From positions 6,303 to 70,302 of the forward strand of contig SPEL01000006.1 of the NCBI GenBank assembly GCA_009360885.1: 64,000 bases of DNA. Direction: 5' to 3'. Positions 31,435-40,690 of this stretch are shown here, piece by piece; within the stretch, counting starts at the first letter, position 1; the number at the start of each line of letters is the position of its first letter. The notes beneath the pieces are model-generated. The model did not search any database. It saw nothing but the letters and a program-made list of their open reading frames with translations, and was not told the DNA's origin. Origin of the DNA: Sphingobium sp. Its GTDB lineage: Bacteria > Pseudomonadota > Alphaproteobacteria > Sphingomonadales > Sphingomonadaceae. The position numbers were made by a program, and so were the translations under genes.

Positions 31435-33791
31435 GCCCGCAATTCCACCAGAGGCACGGATGGCGCAGAGCCTGCCGCGAAAGTGGCGCGGTTAATCTCC
31501 AGCCTGTCCTCGGCGAAACGCACGGGAACATCGAAATGATAACCACAGGTCAGTATTGCGCCTGCCACGGGAGCTTCGTCGAACATAATGACGCCGAGAC
31601 CCGCATGGGTCCAGCCAGCCATTTGCTCAACACCGTTAACGGCCACGCGGATACTACCCGCAACCGGACGAGTGATATACCGCTGCTGGGCCTCCCCATC
31701 GCCCTGCCCCGCGCCATAATATTTGATGATCTGAAACCGACTATTCACCCCGTCGCCAATCCCAAGGCGCTGATCGATGGCACTGACCACTTCGCCCAAA
31801 GGAGCGCTTTGATGGTCATAAGGATCGGTAAAACGAAATCCCCTTGCCGCGCCGCGCCGCGCCCGGAAAAAATCAACCAGCGTCACCATATCAGCTTCCG
31901 ACCGAACACCCGGCCCGGCGTCAAAGCTCATCCGCGCATCGGCCCAGTCACTGCTGCGCCGTTCGTGGCCAGAAAGGCTTTCCACCACCTGAGTCGAAAA
32001 GGCCGGGGCGATGCCGGCTTCACGCCCGATACTGAGGGGGAACAACACATCGTCAAAGGCCTTCATATCATCCTCCTGCGTCTGTCCAAATGTCGTAAAT
32101 CCGTCGCGGGCCACCTGCGGCAGCGCCCAGATGAAGGTGACAGCACTGCCACGCGCTTCACTCGCCCGCGCCGCGCCCTCGATACGCGGCCAATGCGCAG
32201 CAGCATCCTCCGCCCTCAGTACAAAGCCTGAAAGATAATGCTGCTCAGCCAGCGGATATCCCAATCGGGCGGTGGCCGCATCAATCCCCTTTGCCGTCAG
32301 GGCCGTGCGTCCCTCCGTCACCCAGTCATAATCTTCCAGTTGCAGCACATCGAACGCTGGCTTTGCCCAACCAATGGGCAGATTAGCGCGTTTTGCCTCT
32401 GGTGCTGCCGGGTCCAGCACAGTGGGCAGATAGCTAAGGAGATGGGTGATAGTATCGGGTGCCTCATCCCGCACCGCATCACATAATCGCGCCGTAGATG
32501 CCGCCAGTATCTCCCCCGCAGCATCCAGCAAGGCCAGTTGCGCCGACGTCATTTCACCACCCACATCGCTGATAATGGGCGGCTCATTTCCCAGCACAGC
32601 CCCTAACACCACCCGCGCTGCATCATCATACAGGCATATTCGCCCATCCTGCGGGATGACCCACCACCATGGTTCCCCCACCTGAAATTTGGGGTCCAAG
32701 CCTGCATCACGCCCAATAGCGATAAACGCCCGCCCCACGGCCTGCAAATAAGCCATCGCCATTTCATTTGCGGGCGACAACAAGGCCGAGGGCGGGTCCC
32801 AGCCGGTCAAAGCAGGCGCGCCATCATGGGCGCGTTGTTTCCATCCTTCCGGGCAATGGGCGTTCAACAGTTCATAGGAAAGCGACCAGATGACGCCAAA
32901 CCCCAACTCCAGCGCCCGCTGCGCAAAATCACGGTGCCATCTTATGCAAGGTTCATTCAACGCCCCCCCCGCCAGAGTAACGGGATAATCGCCCCCTTCC
33001 CGCCTCAACCGGAAATAATGGCTCATCCCCACATAATGGAGAATATCGCCGCGATAGCCCAAAGCATGGATTTGCCGCAGCAATCGTTCCGGCGTCTGGT
33101 TATAGCCATCATCATAGCCAGTCGCCATCGACAGGCCATTTTCCGGCACCATAGCATCACCAATGGCCAGCACCGAGCCAGAGCCAGTGCATTCCATATC
33201 ACTCAGCTCTACCCAGCCAGTCTGCGCCTCATCAAAGGGCGTATCACCGCGGTCATAGTCAGTGGGAATGATGGAGAGGAACATGCGGTCCACATCCCCC
33301 GCCCACACCGGGTCCGCCTCATCCGGCCATGTAAAGCCGCCCACCAGCGCATCAAAATCCAGCGTAATGATGGCATCTTCGGGGGAACCAGCCGCGTAAT
33401 TCCACAAACGGATATACCAGTTACGGGGCTGGCCCGCTGCGTCACGCCCTTCAATTGTCAGCGTCGGACCATTGACGGCATCAAGGGCGCGAATCCCATC
33501 ACTGCGCCACCGAAAGCGCAGCGTTGAATGGCGAAAATCGCGCGATGTTTCATAGGCCAGCAACGGGTGCGTCCAATTGTCCTGCGCATCCCAGATCAGG
33601 CCAGCCAGATCGCCCGACCCATAAAATACTGCATCCACCCGCAAGGCATCGGGCGCGGTAGTGATAACGCTTGCCATCATGGGGCGCGGGAAATTCACCG
33701 TCCAATAAACGGGGGAGAAACGCTTGATAAAATTGGTTTCACGGACGTGCGAATCCTGATTGAGCGATGCACTCGCCAGCCAATAGGCCAT
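31431..33791 (-). CDS. DUF2460 distal tail protein (GTA g12) with large N-terminal extension
   Basis: C-terminal ~210 aa FDDVLFP..FFRARRGAARGFRFTDPYD..FDVPVRF; ~575 aa extra N-terminal region. Confidence 0.85.
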   Translation of the reverse strand: MAYWLASASLNQDSHVRETNFIKRFSPVYWTVNFPRPMMASVITTAPDALRVDAVFYGSGDLAGLIWDAQDNWTHPLLAYETSRDFRHSTLRFRWRSDGIRALDAVNGPTLTIEGRDAAGQPRNWYIRLWNYAAGSPEDAIITLDFDALVGGFTWPDEADPVWAGDVDRMFLSIIPTDYDRGDTPFDEAQTGWVELSDMECTGSGSVLAIGDAMVPENGLSMATGYDDGYNQTPERLLRQIHALGYRGDILHYVGMSHYFRLRREGGDYPVTLAGGALNEPCIRWHRDFAQRALELGFGVIWSLSYELLNAHCPEGWKQRAHDGAPALTGWDPPSALLSPANEMAMAYLQAVGRAFIAIGRDAGLDPKFQVGEPWWWVIPQDGRICLYDDAARVVLGAVLGNEPPIISDVGGEMTSAQLALLDAAGEILAASTARLCDAVRDEAPDTITHLLSYLPTVLDPAAPEAKRANLPIGWAKPAFDVLQLEDYDWVTEGRTALTAKGIDAATARLGYPLAEQHYLSGFVLRAEDAAAHWPRIEGAARASEARGSAVTFIWALPQVARDGFTTFGQTQEDDMKAFDDVLFPLSIGREAGIAPAFSTQVVESLSGHERRSSDWADARMSFDAGPGVRSEADMVTLVDFFRARRGAARGFRFTDPYDHQSAPLGEVVSAIDQRLGIGDGVNSRFQIIKYYGAGQGDGEAQQRYITRPVAGSIRVAVNGVEQMAGWTHAGLGVIMFDEAPVAGAILTCGYHFDVPVRFAEDRLEINRATFAAGSAPSVPLVELRA

Positions 33792-33836
33792 GGGCCGTCC
33801 TCCTGATATTCCTGTAACGATAGGGCTTCTGTACGC

Positions 33837-34418
33837 TTATTGAGAAAGCGCACTGCGCACGCTCCGGGCGATCTGGCGGCTGCTCTTCGCCAATGCCTGT
33901 GGGCCATTATTTTGCGGGGCGTTGATATTGATGGAAACACGAACATCCCGGCCACCAGATGCTCCGCCTCCCCCATTGGCCACCACCGAACCGCTGCTCG
34001 ATGGCACAAAAAGCTCTGGTCCGTTTTCACCCACGCGATAGGCCCGCCCCGGCGACACCGGCCCGCCCGTCGCCCTCCCCGGCGCGCCGATAGCCGCCAT
34101 GGCAATCCCTGCAAGGCTACCAAGCAGACCCCCGCCACCGCTGCCCGCACGCCCACCGCCCAGTGCCGACAGCCCCGCAGACAGTGCATTTTGGGCAATG
34201 CTGCTCATCACCGACAGGGCGATTGTGCGCAAATCCTCAAAGCCCAGCTTACCTGTGCGCAGGGCGCGACTGAGGGAATCCTCGATCATTTTCCCGGCAC
34301 GCTGCGCCCCCTGCCCCAGCGGCCCTTCCAGCCCTTGCCGCATATCGGCAACATCGCGGGTAAAGCCCTGCGTATCGGCCCGCACAGCGATGACCAGCCG
34401 ATCAATTTCTTCATCCAT
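33837..34418 (-). CDS. Short tail tape measure protein (GTA g11)
   Basis: MDEEIDRL..RTGKLGFEDL..RATGGPVSPGRAYRVGENGPELFVP..SSRQIAR; 193 aa. Confidence 0.88.
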   Translation of the reverse strand: MDEEIDRLVIAVRADTQGFTRDVADMRQGLEGPLGQGAQRAGKMIEDSLSRALRTGKLGFEDLRTIALSVMSSIAQNALSAGLSALGGGRAGSGGGGLLGSLAGIAMAAIGAPGRATGGPVSPGRAYRVGENGPELFVPSSSGSVVANGGGGASGGRDVRVSININAPQNNGPQALAKSSRQIARSVRSALSQ

Positions 34419-34647
34419 CGGGGAATATCTCCTGCAAACGGGCAATATCATTTCGGCTCGGCGGAACGGTACCATGACCTTCCACATCCATGCCCAGCAT
34501 CACCCGCATGATTGCCTCCATCTCCGCTGGTGTGGCGGCCCAGAACGCATCCGGCCCCCAGCCGAGATACACGCCTGCCAACCCGGCAAGGCGCGCCGCC
34601 ACTGACGAAAAATGTCTAGGCCCGCCTTCTTCAGCGGTTGAACTCAC
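34411..34647 (-). CDS. Tail assembly chaperone (GTA g10.1)
   Basis: LGWGPDAFWAATPAE..LQEIFPDG. Confidence 0.85.
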   Translation of the reverse strand: MSSTAEEGGPRHFSSVAARLAGLAGVYLGWGPDAFWAATPAEMEAIMRVMLGMDVEGHGTVPPSRNDIARLQEIFPDG

Positions 34648-34982
34648 GCCGCGCCGCCCGCCAGTATCTGCCGCAATATGACGCGTAATATCGGTGTAGT
34701 CGCGCTCAACCCTAGCTCCGCGACCACCTCTCCCACGTCATTACGGCTAATCGCGTCCGGCCAGCCATGGCGACAATGCCAGAACAAGGCGACCATTTCA
34801 GACAGACGCAGCTCCCCGTTGCTAGCCCGCTCAACCAGCGCAAAAAGCGGCCCCAGTTCCTCCTCTGCCGCCACCAATGCAGCAAAAGACGGGCGCAGCA
34901 TCAGTCGCTCGCCCCGGATCAGCAATTCCGCCTCACCCCGCGCGGCATTGGCCGGGCGTCCCGGCATATCAGGCACGCTCAC
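34644..34982 (-). CDS. GTA-gp10 family tail assembly chaperone
   Basis: ANAARGEA..LRPSFAALVAAEEELGPLFALVERA. Confidence 0.85.
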   Translation of the reverse strand: MSVPDMPGRPANAARGEAELLIRGERLMLRPSFAALVAAEEELGPLFALVERASNGELRLSEMVALFWHCRHGWPDAISRNDVGEVVAELGLSATTPILRVILRQILAGGAA

Positions 34983-35386
34983 AGGCTCACCACCGGGCCG
35001 GAGCTTTCCAGCGCGATAACATATTGCCGTTCCCCATTATAATCACCGGCATATTCAAGGCGCGTCACAAGGAAACGCCCGCGCATCCGCTCCCCGCTTT
35101 CAAAACTCAGCTCATAATTGTCGATCGTCCCCGCAAGGGCATGGTTGCGAATGCGCACCTCCCCGGCAGAGCCAGTGAAAATCCCCGCTGCCGATACACT
35201 GACGGAGCGCACCCCCGCGCCTGACAACAGCTCTCTCCAGCCACCGCTATCCTTATTGGTGACGTTGACGGCCTCGCCGCTCACCTGCAACTGGGTGGTA
35301 CGCAGGCCCGCAATGGTCGTATAGGTGACAGGCGTATCCCCGCCCCCCACTTTCAACAAAAAGGCGCTTCCTTTTTCGATGCTCAT
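34979..35386 (-). CDS. Major tail (tube) protein, TP901-1 family (GTA g9)
   Basis: MSIEKGSAFLLKVG, GLRTT, SGGWRELLSGAGVRS, LEYAGDYNGE. Confidence 0.92.
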   Translation of the reverse strand: MSIEKGSAFLLKVGGGDTPVTYTTIAGLRTTQLQVSGEAVNVTNKDSGGWRELLSGAGVRSVSVSAAGIFTGSAGEVRIRNHALAGTIDNYELSFESGERMRGRFLVTRLEYAGDYNGERQYVIALESSGPVVSL

Positions 35387-35541
35387 GGCGCAATAATCCT
35401 TCATGAAATGGGTCCACCATCATGGTGGAACTGGGCCGATCAAAAACCGGTTCAAAACAGGCTCAGATGGCCGGACAGGCATTAAAATAGCCGCCCGACT
35501 CGTCTTCGGACTGGCCCATCTTCGGATTGGAGAGTTTGACG

Positions 35542-35850
35542 ATGTTTACTGCATTGATTTTGGCCGCCGCCGCTTCCACCACCCCGGTTGATGTGCCCAA
35601 GGCGCGGAAAGATTATGCATCCTGCCTCAGTTCCGTAACGACCGAGGCAATTGATAAGAAACAGCCGCGTGAGGAGTTTCTGAATACGCTCAAGAGCAAA
35701 TGCGGAGATAAGGAAACTGCTTTTCGCGGTGCCCTCATTGCCAGCAACAAGGCCGATGGCATGAATGATGCCGATAGCAAGCAGGATGCCGAAGATCAGG
35801 TCGCGGAATATGTTGATAAGATGACCCGCGATTTCGACAGCGCGAAATAA
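35542..35850 (+). CDS. Secreted hypothetical protein inserted antisense inside the GTA cluster
   Basis: SD GGAGA, signal peptide MFTALILAAAA, two Cys, helical and charged composition. Confidence 0.75.
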   Translation: MFTALILAAAASTTPVDVPKARKDYASCLSSVTTEAIDKKQPREEFLNTLKSKCGDKETAFRGALIASNKADGMNDADSKQDAEDQVAEYVDKMTRDFDSAK

Positions 35851-35887
35851 GCGTTCCTAAAATGCGGGGCCAATAGGCGCGCTATCC

Positions 35888-36286
35888 TTATGGCCCCGCA
35901 AGTACGCGGATACGATAATCCATCACCCCATTCCAGCGTAGCGCATTTGTGCGCAGCAAACGCGAACGAATGAGGCGAATGCTGCCCAATTGCCATCCGG
36001 CTATGCTGGCGGGTAATTGGGCGATTATCTGGTCTATATTCCCCATGATATTGGAAAGCCGCGTTGCGCTCTCTTTGTCATCCTCGGCGGTGATGCCGAT
36101 GCGCAATTCGCGCCCCGGCCTGTCCTTGGTGCCCCAGTCATCCCCGGTGCATTGCCCCACTACCACCATGGGCGGCGTGGCCTTGACCGGTGCCTCATCA
36201 TATATACGGTTGACCTGCGCCATCAAAGCGCCGTCCCCGCGCAACAGCGCCAACAGGGCGGCGCGAATATCAACTTCGGCGTTCAT
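35888..36286 (-). CDS. DUF3168 tail terminator (GTA g8)
   Basis: LRGDGAL..IYDEAP..DWGTKDRPGRE; expected position in the cluster. Confidence 0.85.
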   Translation of the reverse strand: MNAEVDIRAALLALLRGDGALMAQVNRIYDEAPVKATPPMVVVGQCTGDDWGTKDRPGRELRIGITAEDDKESATRLSNIMGNIDQIIAQLPASIAGWQLGSIRLIRSRLLRTNALRWNGVMDYRIRVLAGP

Positions 36287-36301
36287 GTAATTCCCCGCTC
36301 A

Positions 36302-36517
36302 TTATCGGCCTGTCCGCCCAATGGCTCGCAAATCCGCATCCTTTAGCCAGCGCTCCAGCAGACCGCGCCCCTCCAGCACTACGGCATCGCCATCAACCGT
36401 CGCGCTGATGCCTCCAAAAGTCCGCGCACGCTCCGCGAGGCTCTCTCTCACCTGCATCGCCTGCGCCGCACCTGCACGCTCCGCCGCCTCTGTTCGCCCA
36501 TTCATACGCGGCGTCAT
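36302..36517 (-). CDS. Small GTA neck-region protein (g7 position)
   Basis: ATGA overlap with the adaptor gene; VVLEGRGLLERW. Confidence 0.6.
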   Translation of the reverse strand: MTPRMNGRTEAAERAGAAQAMQVRESLAERARTFGGISATVDGDAVVLEGRGLLERWLKDADLRAIGRTGR

Positions 36518-37065
36518 GCTAGGCGCATCCTGCGCCAGGGCCGCCACAACGCCGTTACAATAGCGGGTGGGGCAGCGCCTCCATCGGGGTTCACGAATAA
36601 ATGCGCGGCGAGCCGAACCACCCCCTGCCGCAAGGCATCAGGAATATCCGTCCAGCTTTCCGCCAGTCCCGCGACAAAGAATAGTTCCATGCGGGGAAAA
36701 GCGTCCCCCACCATCGGTGCGACCACCCGAACCCAGCCATCCCCCGCCGCATCAATATCCGCCGCATACTCTGTCACGGGCAAGGGAACGGTGCTACCAT
36801 CTGCCTTCAGCGCCTGCGCGGCCCCTACCGACCGCACCGGGCAGGCACGCATCCTTTCCCAATAAAGGCTGGCCGCAATAATCTCCGTGCCGCCCCGCAC
36901 AAACAGACGCTGCGCGCAAAAATCCTCTGCCATCGCAATGGCCGACCGACATAAAGCCATCAGCCCTTCATCATCATCGCTCAGGCTGATCCGCAACCAC
37001 GATTTTACCTCTGCCAACGCCGCATCGATGATGGGCTGGCCTATTGCTTCCATTTGCACCGTCAT
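36514..37065 (-). CDS. Head-tail adaptor, gp6-like (GTA g6)
   Basis: LAEVKSWLRI..DD..AEDFC, PDALRQGVVRLAAHLF, VTALWRPWRRMRL. Confidence 0.88.
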   Translation of the reverse strand: MTVQMEAIGQPIIDAALAEVKSWLRISLSDDDEGLMALCRSAIAMAEDFCAQRLFVRGGTEIIAASLYWERMRACPVRSVGAAQALKADGSTVPLPVTEYAADIDAAGDGWVRVVAPMVGDAFPRMELFFVAGLAESWTDIPDALRQGVVRLAAHLFVNPDGGAAPPAIVTALWRPWRRMRLA

Positions 37066-37093
37066 ATTTGCGACGCCTTCCTTCCTGCCTGAC

Positions 37094-37130
37094 AAAGAAA
37101 AGGCCCCCTTTCTACGCGAAAGGAGGCCCC
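37094..37130 (-). terminator. Intrinsic terminator downstream of the capsid gene
   Basis: Minus strand GGGGCCTCCTTTC-GCGTA-GAAAGGGGGCC-TTTTCTTT. Confidence 0.8.
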
Positions 37131-37149
37131 ATCATGATTAGCCTTGGGG

Positions 37150-38292
37150 TCAGGATGCCGCGAACTTCATCAGCTTGATCGCCTCGCTGTTCGTCACCGC
37201 ACCGCCAATGCGCTTAACGGCATAGAAATGGACGAACGGCTTGTTGCTATAGGGATCGCGCAAAATGCTGGTTTCAGCGCGCTCGGCAATCACATAACCG
37301 AGGTGGAAGTTGCCAAAGGCGATGGAGAGACTGCCCGCCGAAATATCCGGCATATCCTCGGCCTCCACCACCGGATAGCCGAGCAGCGTCGCGGGCTGCC
37401 CCTCACCCAGTGCCGGCTGCCACAGGAACGCACCATCCGATGTTTTGAACTTGCGAATACGGGCCAAAGTCGTGCTGTTCATTACAAAGGCAGCACCCTG
37501 ACGATAAGGTGCCTTCAGCGCCTGCACCAGATCAATCAGCGCATCCTGCGGGTTGCTGGCGGCAAAATTGGCGCTGACGCCGGTCGCCAGATGTTGCAAC
37601 GTGCCGACGGCGCGTGTGGCATCCGTCGCCGCGCTGGTCGTGTAAGTGAGGAAACCCTTGGGCTGATTGGTGCCAGTGCCATTTACAAAGGCCGCCCCTT
37701 CGGCCCGCGCAAATTCCTGTGCAATTTCACCCGCAAGCCAGCCTTCTACATCAAAGGCCGTATCATCCAACATAGCCTGAGACGCAGCCGGATTTGCGTA
37801 AAGCTCACCCCATGGCGGGGCGATTTCGGTAAAGCTGGGCGTAGCGGTTTCCACTCGCGCGCCGGTTTCGCTGGCCCAGCCAGAGGGTGTACCGCCCGAT
37901 GCCACGAGCTTACGATAGCCCGCACTACCCGTGCGCACCACATTGGCGATGGTGCGAATGGGCGACGACGCCTTCAGCATAGTATCGATCACCGCGTCGA
38001 TTTCCCGCGGAACGGCGTAACCACCGCTGGCCCCGGTCGCACCAGACAGGCTCTTTAACTCAACGCCCATTTCCTGCCCCCGGCGCAGATAATGATCGGT
38101 AAAGGCGATACGCGCCGCGTCATCCCCCATGCCCTTGACGCCATCGAGTGCAGGACGCTCTGCCCATGCCTTGCGCACCGCAGCCACCTGTCCTTTCAGG
38201 GCGCTGACATCGGTTTCGAGGGTCGTGATACGGTCATTGGTCGCCAGAACGTCAAAACTCTGTTCAAGGCTATCAGCTTTCACTTCATACAT
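37150..38292 (-). CDS. HK97-fold major capsid protein (GTA g5)
   Basis: MYEVKAD, GGYAVPREID, ELYANPAASQAMLDD, RDPYSNKPFVHFYAVKRIGG; SD CAGGAG. Confidence 0.95.
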   Translation of the reverse strand: MYEVKADSLEQSFDVLATNDRITTLETDVSALKGQVAAVRKAWAERPALDGVKGMGDDAARIAFTDHYLRRGQEMGVELKSLSGATGASGGYAVPREIDAVIDTMLKASSPIRTIANVVRTGSAGYRKLVASGGTPSGWASETGARVETATPSFTEIAPPWGELYANPAASQAMLDDTAFDVEGWLAGEIAQEFARAEGAAFVNGTGTNQPKGFLTYTTSAATDATRAVGTLQHLATGVSANFAASNPQDALIDLVQALKAPYRQGAAFVMNSTTLARIRKFKTSDGAFLWQPALGEGQPATLLGYPVVEAEDMPDISAGSLSIAFGNFHLGYVIAERAETSILRDPYSNKPFVHFYAVKRIGGAVTNSEAIKLMKFAAS

Positions 38293-38310
38293 AGGCTGCT
38301 CCTGTTGGTG

Positions 38311-38343
38311 AAAATGAAAACCCCCGCCGCAGCGGGGGATTTT
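38311..38343 (-). terminator. Terminator-like hairpin just upstream of the capsid RBS
   Basis: Minus strand AAAATCCCCCGC-TGCG-GCGGGGG-TTTTCATTTT. Confidence 0.7.
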
Positions 38344-38440
38344 GATAGAGGCGGCACCGGCCCGCTCCCCCACCCGGCAACCCAGAGTGTAATAGAATCT
38401 TGGTAGCCGGGTGAGAGAATGGGCGCAGCGTCAGCCTGCT

Positions 38441-38944
38441 TCACGCCAGCGCATGAACCTGCGCCCCCGGCTGCATAGGCCGGGTGACGAGGCTGACCTC
38501 CATCAGATCGAGATCTTTCAGCACGCGGGGCCCAAGGCCATCGGCGCGTAAAACGCGATAACCAAAGGACAGCCCGCTAATGCGCCGCTCCTTCAGCGCA
38601 GCAACCGCCTCATGCGCATCCTCATGCAGGCGGCCAATGACACGCAGGCCCCGCTGGTCCTCCGCAAGGCTGTCAATATGGCCGATGCAATGCGCCGGGC
38701 GATGCTGCCACAAAAGCGGCAGGCCACCCGCACGCCAGTAACGAACCGCCCGCGCAAACGCGCCATAGCGAATAATATCGCCGCCACGATCTTCCCGATC
38801 AAACAGCGCAGCATAGCCCGCAAAGCGTATTGGGCTGGCAAAGCGGGTTCCGTCTGGCCCGGATACCAGTTGACCGCCCATCGCACCCGCCATATCTGCC
38901 GCCTTATCCAACGCACTATATATTTCATTGTCGCCCCCGTTCAT
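38441..38944 (-). CDS. HK97 family prohead protease (GTA g4)
   Basis: FAGYAALFDREDRGGD, LLWQH, GLSFGYRV, EVSLVTRPMQP. Confidence 0.92.
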   Translation of the reverse strand: MNGGDNEIYSALDKAADMAGAMGGQLVSGPDGTRFASPIRFAGYAALFDREDRGGDIIRYGAFARAVRYWRAGGLPLLWQHRPAHCIGHIDSLAEDQRGLRVIGRLHEDAHEAVAALKERRISGLSFGYRVLRADGLGPRVLKDLDLMEVSLVTRPMQPGAQVHALA

Positions 38945-39267
38945 TGCCGCACCATATCCAGCATCCCCAGTTTCACGGCGAGGCCAATCAGCACCAGCGC
39001 CAGCACCCCGCGCACCAGCCAGCCGATGATTGCATCGCGCAGAGTCCCCTTGGCATCACGCCATGCCCGCAATAATTCACGAAGCTGCTGCATGTCCGCC
39101 GCCGCTGCGTGATCCGACAGGCCGAGCCGTTCCAGCGCCCGGGCCGCGCCCATTTCGCTGGCTTCCTCGATGATAGCGCGGATCATCACCAGATCGCCGC
39201 CATCCCCCTCTGCCTGCGCCACCAACCCGGCGAGCATATCTTCGGCCGTGCCGTCACGTCCCATCAT
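38941..39267 (-). CDS. Small membrane protein at the GTA g3.5 position (DUF6127-like)
   Basis: EEASEMGAARALERLGLSD..LRELLRAWRDAK plus C-terminal TM; ATGA overlaps on both sides. Confidence 0.75.
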   Translation of the reverse strand: MMGRDGTAEDMLAGLVAQAEGDGGDLVMIRAIIEEASEMGAARALERLGLSDHAAAADMQQLRELLRAWRDAKGTLRDAIIGWLVRGVLALVLIGLAVKLGMLDMVRQ

Positions 39268-40454
39268 GGCTGCTCCCCCCGGCGTGAAATAGCGCCCGCC
39301 TCATCCAGCCCCAGCAGGCTACGCTTCTCTTCTGCGCTCAGGAAATCTGCTGCGCTGATGCGGTCCCAATGAACGGAGCGTTCCTCGGCCAGTTCCGGCA
39401 CGCTGTCGGTGTCGGCGCTCAGCACCAGCCCCGGCATCCAGCCGCGCAGCCCCTGCGCCAGCCCGCCCAATATTTTGGAAAGCAAGGGCAGTACCGTCTG
39501 CCGCCACAAGGCCTTGTTGGCCTCACGATAATTGGCGTAACTATTATCACCGGGCAAACCGAGAAGCAGCGGTGGCACACCAAAAGCCAGCGCAATTTCC
39601 CGCGCCGCGCCTTCTTTCAGCGCGACAAAATCCATTTCCGATGGCGACATGGAAAGGGTCTGCCAGCTCAGCCCCCCTTCCAGTAACATGGGCCGCCCGG
39701 CATTGGATGCCCCCTGAAAGGCCGATTCCAGTTCTGATTTGAGCCGGGCAAACTGATCTGCGGAAAGGGCCATGCCGTCTTTGCCATCATAAATCAGCGC
39801 ACCCGATGGCCGCGCCGCATTATCCAGCAGCGCCCGGTTCCAACGCGTCGCCGCATTATGAATGGCAACCGGGCCAGTGGCGACACCCAGACAACCAAGG
39901 CCATAATGATCGTCCAGCGGATGTCCTGCCTTCAGGTGTAGAATGGCCGGACGCCCGCCACCATCCTCCGCCTCCAGCCGGTTACGCCTTTCCCCTACGC
40001 GGTAGATATAAGCGACCGGCCACCCTTGGGCATCAAGATCAACACTCACCCGTTCCGGCCTAAGGGCAAAGAGTTCCGCAGGATTACCCGCATCATCAGA
40101 AATAATCTGCACATAGGCATTGCCATGCAGCATCAGATGCATCGCCAGCATTTCCACCAGCCCCTGACCGGCAGAGATATGCCGCACCAGTTCCTTCGCC
40201 CGCGCATTTTCTGCGGCGCTCGCCCCTTGCGCCATGATGGCCGCGCCGCCTGCCGCCTCTGTCACCAGACGCATGGCACGCTGGGCAATGGGGTTAGAGA
40301 GGACAGAACTGCGAATATGGCTTTCATATCCGGCCATCCCCTCGGCCATTGGCCCGCCCAATAATGACATTCCGCCGACCGCCCCGCTTATACCATGGAC
40401 GCGCGACAAGACCGGGCGCGGCGATGCCGTACCCTTCCATCCAAATAATCTCAT
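39264..40454 (-). CDS. HK97 family portal protein (GTA g3)
   Basis: LHGNAY, LRPERV, HPLDDHYG, NAARPSGAL, NAGRPMLLEGGL, FGVPPLLLGLPGDNSYANYREAN. Confidence 0.95.
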   Translation of the reverse strand: MRLFGWKGTASPRPVLSRVHGISGAVGGMSLLGGPMAEGMAGYESHIRSSVLSNPIAQRAMRLVTEAAGGAAIMAQGASAAENARAKELVRHISAGQGLVEMLAMHLMLHGNAYVQIISDDAGNPAELFALRPERVSVDLDAQGWPVAYIYRVGERRNRLEAEDGGGRPAILHLKAGHPLDDHYGLGCLGVATGPVAIHNAATRWNRALLDNAARPSGALIYDGKDGMALSADQFARLKSELESAFQGASNAGRPMLLEGGLSWQTLSMSPSEMDFVALKEGAAREIALAFGVPPLLLGLPGDNSYANYREANKALWRQTVLPLLSKILGGLAQGLRGWMPGLVLSADTDSVPELAEERSVHWDRISAADFLSAEEKRSLLGLDEAGAISRRGEQP

Positions 40455-40690
40455 ATATGGCTGCTCCTTATCCGGCGCGGGGATATTCCACCCGCCCAAT
40501 ATATTTATTGTCCGCTATATGGGGTTACGCACTGGATGAATCTTCAGCTTTCAGAGCAAGCCAACATCCAGATGATGAAGTGACGAGAATATTGGGTTTT
40601 CATGACCCGGAACGCAGCGTATTTTTAGGTACTGGAGTACCGGAAGCATGGAAACCCGACATTTGCAGGCCTTCAGGGCTGGATGTCACC

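Noticed and set aside
34411-34982. Programmed -1 frameshift between the tail chaperones
   Set aside because: The two ORFs have a normal 4-nt stop/start overlap and no clear slippery heptamer was seen
40545-40612. 19-aa ORF MKTQYSRHFIIWMLACSES between luxR and portal as a signal peptide
   Set aside because: No SD or other support; an ORF of this length is expected by chance
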